Of a stretch of 64,000 bases of DNA, positions 41,370 to 53,435 are shown piece by piece. Made by a program: the position numbers and the translations under genes. Each line of letters begins with the position of its first letter. Positions within the stretch are counted from its first letter, which is position 1. The stretch is taken from positions 25,482,001-25,546,000 of the forward strand of contig OZ024748.1 of NCBI GenBank assembly GCA_964016885.1, written 5' to 3'. The notes under the pieces were generated by a model that was not told the DNA's origin, did no database searches, and saw nothing but the letters and a program-made list of their open reading frames with translations. This DNA is from Eledone cirrhosa. Taxonomy: Eukaryota.

Positions 41370-41487
41370 CTGTAGCAATGACACTATCAACCAAAGTGTA
41401 ATTCTGGTTAGCACCAAGCAGTGTACAAGGGAAGATGACACTATGGAATGGCACATTATCTTTACCTAAGAAGTTATACATTTGTAC
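41370..41487 (-). CDS. MARS1: MetRS exon: [39 protein letters not shown](E)
   Basis: 118 nt; aacag|GTA...G|gtgagt; GKDNVPFH motif. Confidence 0.96.
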
Positions 41488-41898
41488 CTGTTGTGAAGAA
41501 AACAAAAGTATAAACAATTTTAATGTATCTTCCTTTCCCTCTCTCACTCACGCATACACACACAAACACATTTGCACATACATAGACCAACTCATACACA
41601 CATACCAATCACAATACAAAATACAGCTGGATGTCTTTCCTAACATCAACCACTTTACAGGGAAAGTGTATATATATATATGCAAACGGCAAAGCATAAA
41701 CAAATTGAGAGAGAGAGACTAAGCATAAGAGGAATCAAGTGCTATGTGCAGGAGAGGAGATTACGCTGGTATGGACATATCAAATACTGGGGATCGATAT
41801 AATCAACTTTTCCTGCCCCGCAGCATTGCTGGCCTTGTGTCTAAATCAGAAATCATTATTCTTATTCATAATTACTTAGTTAGCTAGCTAGTACTCAC

Positions 41899-41994
41899 CT
41901 GAGATGGGTTTTTCCACCATTGCTCCCATTTTTCAGTGTAATTAGCAGTGATGGAGATGTATCCAATTGGAGCATCAAACCACACATAAAACAC
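41899..41994 (-). CDS. MARS1: MetRS exon: [32 protein letters not shown]
   Basis: 96 nt; acaag|GTG...CAG|gtgagt; YVWFDA motif. Confidence 0.96.
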
Positions 41995-42850
41995 CTTGTT
42001 AAAAGAAAATACAAGAAAATATTTGTCATTTTAGTATGGCAGGTAACAGTAAAATCTAGGTTTGTCAGTTCACACCTTATAATTGACATCTAACTTGTCA
42101 TACTCTGTAAGGAATAAAAAGGCTTTCATTTAATCCAATAAAATTAATAACATATCAGGTAATAGAGTGCTGGATGTATTTTATCATGGTACCAACACTA
42201 ACACTTTACATGGTGTATTGGGTGTATTTTATCATGGTAACAGTACTACCATTTTACAGAGTGTACTGGGTGTATTATATTAAGGTAAGAGCACTACCAT
42301 TTTATAGAGTGTACTGGATGTATTTTATTAATGTAACAGCACTACCACTTTACAGAGTGTACTGGGTGTATTTTATCATGGCAACTGCACTAGTAAGGTT
42401 GTCATATCTTAGGCCAGACTAAAGAATCCTCTCAGACACTATATTGTCTCTGTTCTATTACCAAACACTGTAGCCTCCAGTCTCTCTTACCACATTTACT
42501 TACTTTTAGTGTTGCAGTACTTGTTGTGTTTGTGTTTGTATGTGTGTCCTTTTACATGTGTGAGTATGTGTGTGCATGTTGTATGCAACATGTGATGGTG
42601 TCATCTGTGTGCAGCATGTGCACCTTGTGATGTGTGCAATTCTGCTTTCTTTGTAGTTTGTTATGGTGAGATTAAAGACAGAGACAGGATTGACACAACC
42701 CCTGGATCCTTTTATCAGCTAGAAATAACAGCCAAACCTCACCTTAGACTATATCATTATCAATTTACAACGGTAAAATAAAACATGCAAAATCCAGTTC
42801 TAAAAACAATATACCAGTAATATAATGGTAACATAAAAAAAGAAACTTAC

Positions 42851-43021
42851 TTTGTCAGTGAAACCTTTTAAAGGCACTGGTGTACCCCATTTCAGATCAC
42901 GACTGATACATCGAGGTTTCAAACCATCTCTCAACCAGGAATTTGTGATGACTTTAGCATTGTTTGTCCAAATACCTTTTGGATAGACATGTTCCAAGTG
43001 TTTCTTTAAGTCTGGTTCTAA
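42851..43021 (-). CDS. MARS1: MetRS exon: [10 protein letters not shown]...[29 protein letters not shown]
   Basis: 171 nt; tacag|TTA...AAA|gtaagt. Confidence 0.96.
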
Positions 43022-43096
43022 CTGTAATCATAGGTAAGAAATTATTTCTAAGTAAATACAATCAGAATTATTATAGCATGACTTTATCAATTATTA

Positions 43097-43282
43097 TTTC
43101 TACTTTTGGCACAAGGCCAGCAATTATCCCAGTGCATTACTGGTACTTTATTTTATCAACCCCGAAAGGATGAAAGGCAAAGTTAACCTCGGCGGCATTT
43201 GAACTCATACCGCAAAGGGCCGTAACTCTATGCCGCTAAGCATGGCGTCTGACCCTCTACCGATGCTGCCAACCCACCACCC
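43097..43282 (-). mobile_element. tRNA-derived SINE (octopus type), abutting the 21-bp satellite
   Basis: Minus strand: A-box TGGCAGCATCGG, B-box GAGTTCAAATGCC. Confidence 0.88.
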
Positions 43283-43284
43283 TA

Positions 43285-46200
43285 TGTCAGTTATGATATC
43301 GACAGAAGTAGTTATGACATTGACAGTGGTAGTTATGACATTGACAGTGGTAATTATGACATTGACAGTGGTAGTTATGACATTGACAGTGGTAGTTATG
43401 CATTGACTGGTAATTATGACATTGACAGTAGTAATTATGATATTGACAGTGGTAGTAATAACATTAACAGTGGTAGTTATGATATTGACAGTGGTAGTTA
43501 TGACATTAACAGTGGTAGTTATGACATTAACAGTGGTAATTATGACATTAACAGTGGTAATTATGACATTGACAGTGGTAGTTATGACATTGTCAGTGGT
43601 AGTTATGACATTGTCAGTGATAGTTATGACATTAACAGTGGTAGTTATGATATTGACAGTGGTAGTTATGACATTGTCAGTGGTAGTTATGACATTGTCA
43701 GTGATAGTTATGACATTAACAGTGGTAATTATGACATTGACAGTGGTAGTTATGACATTGTCAGTGGTAGTTATGACATTGTCAGTGATAGTTATGACAT
43801 TAACAGTGGTAGTTATGATATTGACAGTGGTAGTTATGACATTAACAGTGGTAGTTATGACATTAACAGTGGTAATTATGACATTGACAGTGGTAGTTAT
43901 GACATTGTCAGTGGTAGTTATGACATTGTCAGTGGTAGTTATGACATTGTCAGTGGTAGTTATGACATTGTCAGTGGTAGTTATGATATTGACAGTGGTA
44001 GTTATGACATTGTCAGTGGTAATTATGACATTGACAGTGGTAGTTATGCATTGACTGGTAATTATGACATTGACAGTAGTAATTATGATATTGATTGTGG
44101 TAATTATGACATTGACAGTGGTAGTTATGATATTGACAGTGGTAATTATGACATTGACAGTGGTAGTTATAACATTGACAGTGGTAGTTATGACATTGAC
44201 AGTGGTAGTTATGATATTGACAGTGGTAATTATGACATTGACAGTGGTAGTTATAACATTGACAGTGGTAGTTATGACATTGACAGTGGTAGTTATAATA
44301 TTGACAGTGGTAGTTATGACATTGTCAGTGGTAGTTATGACATTGTCAGTAGTAGTTATGATATTGACAGTGGTAGTTATGATATTGACAGTAGTAGTTA
44401 TGACATTAACAGTGGTAGTTATGACATTGACAGTGGTAGTTGTTATATTGACAGTGGTAGTTATGACATTGTCAGTGGTAGTTATGACATTGTCAGAGGT
44501 AGTTATGATATTGACAGTGGTAGTTATGACATTGTCAGTGATAGTTATCATAGTGACAGTGGTAGTTATGACATTAACAGTGGTAATTATGACATTGACA
44601 GTGGTAGTTATGATATTGACAGTGGTAGTTATGATATTGTCAGGGTAGTTATAACATTGACAGTGGTAGTTATGACATTGACAGTGGTAGTTATGACATT
44701 GTCAATGGTAGTTATGACATTATCAGTGGTAGTTATGACATTAACAGTGGTAGTTATATTGACAGTGGTAGTTATGACATTGACAGTGGTAGTTATGATA
44801 TTGTCAGAGGTAGTTATGACATTGACAGTGGTAGTTATGACATTGTCAGTGGTAGTTATGACATTGTCAGTGGTAGTTATGACATTGTCAGTGGTAGTTA
44901 TGACATTGTCAGTGGTAGTTATGACATTGTCAGTGGTAGTTATGACATTGTCAGTGGTAGTTATGACATTGTCAGTGGTAGTTATGACATTGTCAGTGGT
45001 AGTTATGACATTATCAGTGATAGTTATGACATTGTCAGTGGTAGTTATGACATTGTCAGTGATAGTTATGACATTGTCAGTAGTAGTTATGACATTAACA
45101 GTGGTAGTTATGACATTAACAGTGGTAGTTATGACATTGTCAGTGGTAGTTATGACAGTCAGTGGTAGTTATGACATTGTCAGTGGTAGTTATGACATTG
45201 TCAGTGATAGTTATGACATTAACAGTGGTAGTTATGACATTGTCAGTGGTAGTTATGACATTAACAGTGGTAGTTATGACATTGTCAGTGGTAGTTATGA
45301 CATTAACAGTGATAGTTATGACAGTCAGTGGTAGTTATGACATTGTCAGTAGTAGTTATGACATTAACAGTGGTAGTTATGACATTAACAGTGGTAGTTA
45401 TGACATTATCAGTGGTAGTTATGACATTAACAGTGGTAGTTATGACATTGACAGTGGTAGTTGTTATATTGACAGTGGTAGTTATGACATTGACAGTGGT
45501 AGTTATGATATTGTCAGTGATAGTTATGACATTAACAGTGGTAGTTATGACATTGTCAGTGGTAGTTATGACATTGTCAGTGGTAGTTATGACATTGTCA
45601 GTGGTAGTTATGACATTGTCAGTGGTAGTTATGACATTGTCAGTGGTAGTTATGACATTGTCAGTGGTAGTTATGACATTGTCAGTGGTAGTTATGACAT
45701 TATCAGTGATAGTTATGACATTGTCAGTGGTAGTTATGACATTGTCAGTGGTAGTTATGACATTATCAGTGATAGTTATGACATTGTCAGTGATAGTTAT
45801 GACATTGTCAGTGGTAGTTATGACATTGACAGTGGTAGTTATGACATTGACAGTGGTAGTTATGACATTGTCAGTGATAGTTATGACATTGTCAGTGGTA
45901 GTTATGACATTATCAGTGATAGTTATGACATTGTCGGGGATAGTTATGACATTGTCAGTGGTAGTTATAACATTGACAGTGGTAGTTATGACATTGTCAG
46001 TGGTAGTTATGACATTGTCAGTGGTAGTTATGACATTGTCAGTGGTAGTTATGACATTGTCAGTGGTAGTTATGACATTGTCAGTGGTAGTTATGACATT
46101 ATCAGTGATAGTTATGACATTGTCAGTGATAGTTATGATATTGTCAGTGATAGTTATATTGTCAGTGATAGTTATGACATTAACAGTGATAGTTATGACA

Positions 46201-49200
46201 TTGTCAGTGATAGTTATGACATTAACAGTGGTAGTTATGACATTGTCAGTGATAGTTATGACATTGTCAGTTGTAGTTATGACATTGTCAGTGGTAGTTA
46301 TGATATTGTCAGTGATAGTTATGACATTAACAGTGGTAGTTATGACATTGTCAGTGATAGTTATGACATTGTCAGTGATAGTTATGATATTGTCAGTGAT
46401 AGTTATGACATTAACAGTGATAGTTATGACATTGTCAGTGATAGTTATGACATTAACAGTGGTAGTTATGACATTGTCAGTGATAGTTATGATATTGACA
46501 GTGGTAGTTATGATATTGTCAGTGGTAGTTATGACATTAACAGTGATAGTTATGACATTGTCAGTGATAGTTATGACATTGTCAGTGGTAGTTATGACAT
46601 TGTCAGTGATAGTTATGATATTGACAGTGGTAGTTATGATATTGTCAGTGGTAGTTATAACATTGTCAGTGGTAGTTATAACATTGACAGTGGTAGTTAT
46701 GACATTGACAGTGGTAGTTATAACATTGTCAGTGGTAGTTATAACATTGTCAGTGGTAGTTATGACATTGTCAATGGTAGTTATAACATTGTCAGTGGTA
46801 GTTATAACATTGACAGTGGTAGTTATAACATTGACAGTGGTAGTTATGACATTGTCAGTGGTAGTTATAACATTGTCAGTGATAGTTATAACATTGACAG
46901 TGGTAGTTATGACATTGTCAGTGGTAGTTATGACATTGACAGTGGTAGTTATAACATTGTCAATGGTAGTTATAACATTGACAGTGGTAGTTATAACATT
47001 GTCAATGGTAGTTATAACATTGACAGTGGTAGTTATAACATTGTCAATGGTAGTTATAACATTGACAGTGGTAGTTATAACATTGTCAATGGTAGTTATA
47101 ACATTGACAGTGGTAGTTATAACATTGTCAATGGTAGTTATAACATTGTCAGTGGTAGTTATAACATTGACAGTGGTAGTTATGACATTGTCAGTGGTAG
47201 TTATGACATTGTCAGTGGTAGTTATAACATTGTCAGTGGTAGTTATAACATTGTCAGTGGTAGTTATGACATTGTCAATGGTAGTTATAACATTGTCAGT
47301 GGTAGTTATAACATTGACAGTGGTAGTTATGACATTGACAGTGGTAGTTATAACATTGTCAATGGTAGTTATAACATTGACAGTGGTAGTTATGACATTG
47401 ACAGTGGTAGTTATAACATTGTCAATGGTAGTTATAACATTGTCAGTGGTAGTTATAACATTGACAGTGGTAGTTATGACATTGTCAGTGGTAGTTATGA
47501 CATTGACAGTGGTAGTTATAACATTGTCAATGGTAGTTATAACATTGACAGTGGTAGTTATAACATTGTCAATGGTAGTTATAACATTGTCAGTGGTAGT
47601 TATAACATTGACAGTGATAGTTATAACATTGTCAATGGTAGTTATAACATTGTCAGTGGTAGTTATAACATTGTCAATGGTAGTTATAACATTGACAGTG
47701 GTAGTTATAACATTGTCAATGGTAGTTATAACATTGACAGTGGTAGTTATAACATTGTCAATGGTAGTTATAACATTGACAGTGGTAGTTATAACATTGT
47801 CAATGGTAGTTATAACATTGACAGTGGTAGTTATAACATTGTCAATGGTAGTTATAACATTGTCAGTGGTAGTTATAACATTGACAGTGGTAGTTATAAC
47901 ATTGTCAATGGTAGTTATAACATTGTCAGTGGTAGTTATAACATTGACAGTGGTAGTTATAACATTGTCAATGGTAGTTATAACATTGACAGTGGTAGTT
48001 ATAACATTGTCAATGGTAGTTATAACATTGACAGTGGTAGTTATAACATTGTCAATGGTAGTTATAACATTGTCAGTGGTAGTTATAACATTGACAGTGG
48101 TAGTTATAACATTGACAGTGGTAGTTATAACATTGACAGTGGTAGTTATAACATTGTCAGTGGTAGTTATGATATTGTCAGTGGTAGTTATGACATTGTC
48201 AGTGGTAGTTATGACATTGTCAGTGGTAGTTATGACATTATCAGTGATAGTTATGACATTGTCAGTGGTAGTTATGACATTGTCAGTGATAGTTATGACA
48301 TTGTCAGTAGTAGTTATGACATTAACAGTGGTAGTTATGACATTAACAGTGGTAGTTATGACATTGTCAGTGGTAGTTATGACAGTCAGTGGTAGTTATG
48401 ACATTGTCAGTGGTAGTTATGACATTGTCAGTGATAGTTATGACATTAACAGTGGTAGTTATGACATTGTCAGTGGTAGTTATGACATTAACAGTGGTAG
48501 TTATGACATTGGCAGTGGTAGTTATGACATTAACAGTGATAGTTATGACAGTCAGTGGTAGTTATGACATTGTCAGTAGTAGTTATGACATTAACAGTGG
48601 TAGTTATGACATTAACAGTGGTAGTTATGACATTATCAGTGGTAGTTATGACATTAACAGTGGTAGTTATGACATTGACAGTGGTAGTTGTTATATTGAC
48701 AGTGGTAGTTATGACATTGACAGTGGTAGTTATGATATTGTCAGTGATAGTTATGACATTAACAGTGGTAGTTATGACATTGTCAGTGGTAGTTATGACA
48801 TTGTCAGTGGTAGTTATGACATTGTCAGTGGTAGTTATGACATTGTCAGTGGTAGTTATGACATTGTCAGTGGTAGTTATGACATTGTCAGTGGTAGTTA
48901 TGACATTGTCAGTGGTAGTTATGACATTATCAGTGATAGTTATGACATTGTCAGTGGTAGTTATGACATTGTCAGTGGTAGTTATGACATTATCAGTGAT
49001 AGTTATGACATTGTCAGTGATAGTTATGACATTGTCAGTGGTAGTTATGACATTGACAGTGGTAGTTATGACATTGTCAGTGATAGTTATGACATTGTCA
49101 GTGGTAGTTATGACATTATCAGTGATAGTTATGACATTGTCGGGGATAGTTATGACATTGTCGGGGATAGTTATGACATTGTCAGTGGTAGTTATGACAT

Positions 49201-51380
49201 TGACAGTGGTAGTTATGACATTGTCAGTGGTAGTTATGACATTGTCAGTGGTAGTTATGACATTGTCAGTGGTAGTTATGACATTGTCAGTGGTAGTTAT
49301 GACATTGTCAGTGGTAGTTATGACATTATCAGTGATAGTTATGACATTGTCAGTGATAGTTATGATATTGTCAGTGATAGTTATATTGTCAGTGATAGTT
49401 ATGACATTAACAGTGATAGTTATGACATTGTCAGTGATAGTTATGACATTAACAGTGGTAGTTATGACATTGTCAGTGATAGTTATGACATTGTCAGTTG
49501 TAGTTATGACATTGTCAGTGGTAGTTATGACATTGTCAGTGGTAGTTATGATATTGTCAGTGATAGTTATGACATTAACAGTGGTAGTTATGACATTGTC
49601 AGTGATAGTTATGACATTGTCAGTGATAGTTATGATATTGTCAGTGATAGTTATGACATTAACAGTGATAGTTATGACATTGTCAGTGATAGTTATGACA
49701 TTAACAGTGGTAGTTATGACATTGTCAGTGATAGTTATGATATTGACAGTGGTAGTTATGATATTGTCAGTGGTAGTTATGACATTAACAGTGATAGTTA
49801 TGACATTGTCAGTGATAGTTATGACATTGTCAGTGGTAGTTATGACATTGTCAGTGATAGTTATGATATTGACAGTGGTAGTTATGATATTGTCAGTGGT
49901 AGTTATAACATTGTCAGTGGTAGTTATAACATTGACAGTGGTAGTTATGACATTGACAGTGGTAGTTATAACATTGTCAGTGGTAGTTATAACATTGTCA
50001 GTGGTAGTTATGACATTGTCAATGGTAGTTATAACATTGTCAGTGGTAGTTATAACATTGACAGTGGTAGTTATAACATTGACAGTGGTAGTTATGACAT
50101 TGTCAGTGGTAGTTATAACATTGTCAGTGATAGTTATAACATTGACAGTGGTAGTTATGACATTGTCAGTGGTAGTTATGACATTGACAGTGGTAGTTAT
50201 AACATTGTCAATGGTAGTTATAACATTGACAGTGGTAGTTATAACATTGTCAATGGTAGTTATAACATTGACAGTGGTAGTTATAACATTGTCAATGGTA
50301 GTTATAACATTGACAGTGGTAGTTATAACATTGTCAATGGTAGTTATAACATTGACAGTGGTAGTTATAACATTGTCAATGGTAGTTATAACATTGTCAG
50401 TGGTAGTTATAACATTGACAGTGGTAGTTATGACATTGTCAGTGGTAGTTATGACATTGTCAGTGGTAGTTATAACATTGTCAGTGGTAGTTATAACATT
50501 GTCAGTGGTAGTTATGACATTGTCAATGGTAGTTATAACATTGTCAGTGGTAGTTATAACATTGACAGTGATAGTTATAACATTGTCAATGGTAGTTATA
50601 ACATTGTCAGTGGTAGTTATAACATTGTCAATGGTAGTTATAACATTGACAGTGGTAGTTATGACATTGTCAGTGGTAGTTATGACATTGACAGTGGTAG
50701 TTATAACATTGTCAATGGTAGTTATAACATTGACAGTGGTAGTTATAACATTGTCAATGGTAGTTATAACATTGTCAGTGGTAGTTATAACATTGACAGT
50801 GATAGTTATAACATTGTCAATGGTAGTTATAACATTGTCAGTGGTAGTTATAACATTGTCAATGGTAGTTATAACATTGACAGTGGTAGTTATAACATTG
50901 TCAATGGTAGTTATAACATTGACAGTGGTAGTTATAACATTGTCAATGGTAGTTATAACATTGACAGTGGTAGTTATAACATTGTCAATGGTAGTTATAA
51001 CATTGACAGTGGTAGTTATAACATTGTCAATGGTAGTTATAACATTGTCAGTGGTAGTTATAACATTGACAGTGGTAGTTATAACATTGTCAATGGTAGT
51101 TATAACATTGTCAGTGGTAGTTATAACATTGACAGTGGTAGTTATAACATTGTCAATGGTAGTTATAACATTGACAGTGGTAGTTATAACATTGTCAATG
51201 GTAGTTATAACATTGACAGTGGTAGTTATAACATTGTCAATGGTAGTTATAACATTGTCAGTGGTAGTTATAACATTGACAGTGGTAGTTATAACATTGA
51301 CAGTGGTAGTTATAACATTGACAGTGGTAGTTATAACATTGTCAGTGGTAGTTATGATATTGTCAGTGGTAGTTATGATA
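43285..51380. repeat. 21-bp tandem satellite, about 385 units (gacattgtcagtggtagttat)
   Basis: Period 21; 3227-bp higher-order duplication (45162 vs 48389); explains the long repetitive ORFs in the track. Confidence 0.99.
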
Positions 51381-51447
51381 AACATATCAAAGCAGTGGTG
51401 AGATTACAACAATAAAAGGAAGCTGAAGCTGTAATGAAAATATTTAC

Positions 51448-51634
51448 CTTAGGAAGATCAAGAAAGAGGTGCCGAGAAGATTTCACTATTGGTGTGTTTG
51501 AACAGGTTTTACAACGGGGCTTCACTAAATCTATTGCATTGATGAGCTTACCACATTTATCACATTGGTCCCCTCTAGCATCATCAAAAGCACACAGAGG
51601 ACAAATACCTTCAACAAACCTATCAGCAAGAAAC
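51448..51634 (-). CDS. MARS1: MetRS exon: [14 protein letters not shown]...[14 protein letters not shown]...HLFLDLPK
   Basis: 187 nt; tgcag|G...AAG|gtaaat; Zn-binding connective peptide. Confidence 0.97.
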
Positions 51635-52195
51635 CTGCAAAACAAAATAAGGAATTATTTTCTTGTTGGTTTCTTAACATCCTATACCACATTAAACTAT
51701 GTTAGCAAGGCATTCTTTATTGCATCATATTAAGAATTAAATCTTTACTTTACATAAATTTTCACAAATGTCTGTTCACCAGCAAACATTTGAATTAACA
51801 AACCACAAGAAACCACAACAGATTAAATATTTTAGGGAAAGGTAAAACAATACTATGACAGAATTACATTAAAAATGAAAGTCTTTACTTTAGTTTACTG
51901 ATGATGATCATGACAATGATGGTGTGGGCTAAGTGTAATTTATCTTGGCACAAACATTTCCACTTTACAGAGTGTACTGGGTGCATTTTATTATGGCACT
52001 AGCAGTACCACTTTACAGAGCGGGCTGGGTGCATTTTATCATAGCAACCACACTACCATATTACAATGTGGACTGGGTGTACTCTATCGTAGTGCCAGCA
52101 CTACCATGTTACAGTGTGGTTAATTGTATCGATGTCTCATTAAAATAAATAAATAAAATACCCACAACAAATATGAACTAAAAAAAGCAACTGAC

Positions 52196-52285
52196 CGATC
52201 GCATTTTTCACATTTCAATTGGTCAACGGTATCTTCAGATATATAACCTTTCTCGTGTAGCTTCCAAAATATACTTTGAGAAATC
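52196..52285 (-). CDS. MARS1: MetRS exon: ISQSIFWKLHEKGYISEDTVDQLKCEKCD(R)
   Basis: 90 nt; tttag|G...CG|gtcagt; first Zn-knuckle CxxC. Confidence 0.92.
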
Positions 52286-52340
52286 CTAAAGAAACAGAAG
52301 CAATAAAATAATTAATATTCCAAAACACTAATTAATAGTT

Positions 52341-52427
<87 letters not shown>

Positions 52428-52462
52428 ATATAAGATGAAAAGATGGTTAAAAGAGTTCCATA

Positions 52463-52533
52463 TATTTTATTATGCGCATTTCAAAAACAAATATCATCAT
52501 GGGATGATATTTGCGTTCTCATCAGATAAAATA
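52463..52533 (-). ncRNA. Type I hammerhead ribozyme motif, copy A
   Basis: UAUUUUAU-CUGAUGA-[stem II CAAAUAUCAUC/GAUGAUAUUUG]-GAAA-UGCGCA-UA^AUAAAAUA. Confidence 0.8.
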
Positions 52534-53057
52534 GGGAGACATGATATGAAGCTTAAAAAACACTTGCGAGCAGTGAAGTGTTAAATCTACATATGAAAAA
52601 TAAAATAAGATGGATATATGAGATTGAGAAAAAAAGAAGGAAGGGGGAAGGAAAAGGTAAGGAAGAGGAAGAAAGAAAATGAAGGAAAATAAAGGAAGGA
52701 TGAGAGAGGAGGAGAAATTAGTAAGAGAGAGAGATAGCCTTTAATACTGAGAAACACTGTCTCACAGAGAGAAATTAAAAAAACCGTTGTAAGATAATAC
52801 ATAATTTAAAAAAGATTTTGAAATTAAAAGTTAATGAGGTTTATGAATGGTGATGTTTATGATTAAAGAAAAAGGAATTAAGAATAGTATTTAAGGTTTA
52901 TATATTGAATTTGTTTATGCTTATATATATAATGTAGGAGGTGAGTTTTATTGTAGTACAATAAAGCAATGCAGATATTGGATAAGTAGTACTCTACAGT
53001 TTGTAGGACTGGAGTATAAATAATATAAGATCAAAAGATGGTTAAAAGAGTTCCATG

Positions 53058-53128
53058 TATTTTATTATGCGCATTTCAAAAACAAATATCATCATGAGAT
53101 GACATTTACGTTTTCGTCAGATAAAATA
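53058..53128 (-). ncRNA. Type I hammerhead ribozyme motif, copy B
   Basis: Same fold with a CUGACGA core. Confidence 0.72.
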
Positions 53129-53249
53129 GGGAGACATGATATGAAGGCTAAAAAAACACTTGTGAATAGTGCAGTTTTAAATCAACATATATGTTGATTT
53201 AAAACTGCACTATTCACAAGTGTTTTTTAACCTTCGTATCATGTCTCCC

Positions 53250-53320
53250 TATTTTATCTGACGAAAACGTAAATGTCATCTCATGATGATATTTGTTTTT
53301 GAAATGCGCATAATAAAATA
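53250..53320 (+). ncRNA. Type I hammerhead ribozyme motif, copy C (inverted copy of B)
   Basis: tattttat CTGACGA aaacgtaaatgtcatc tcat gatgatatttgttttt GAAA tgcgca TA ataaaata. Confidence 0.72.
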
Positions 53321-53372
53321 CATGGAACTCTTTTAACCATCTTTTGATCTTATATTATATATATTTTGATCT

Positions 53373-53415
<43 letters not shown>

Positions 53416-53435
53416 CATATATACATATATATATA

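Larger units (their letters stand above)
236..52285 (-). other. MARS1: Methionyl-tRNA synthetase, cytoplasmic: gene span within the window (13 coding exons, 5' part outside the window)
   Basis: Spliced translation is colinear with recalled human MARS1 ([69 protein letters not shown] tail). All junctions are GT-AG with matching phases. Confidence 0.97.
52425..53358. mobile_element. Penelope-pLTR/retrozyme-like non-coding repeat: two direct ~170-bp repeats (595 bp apart) plus an inverted copy
   Basis: 52425-52595 resembles 53020-53189; 53190-53358 is the reverse complement of 53020-53189; each contains a hammerhead core. Confidence 0.75.

Noticed and set aside
41995-41997. AAG acceptor
   Set aside because: An uncommon but accepted 3' splice site; the frame is consistent.
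43097-43282. tRNA gene (A and B boxes)
   Set aside because: No cloverleaf, and the dispersed copies share a SINE body.
43205-51415. ORFs of up to 1077 aa (SGSYDIV, VVMTLS, ITTTDNV repeats) resembling ice-binding or beta-solenoid proteins
   Set aside because: The 21-bp unit is a multiple of 3 and is open in several frames on both strands. Frameshifts are tolerated, and the array lies inside a MARS1 intron.
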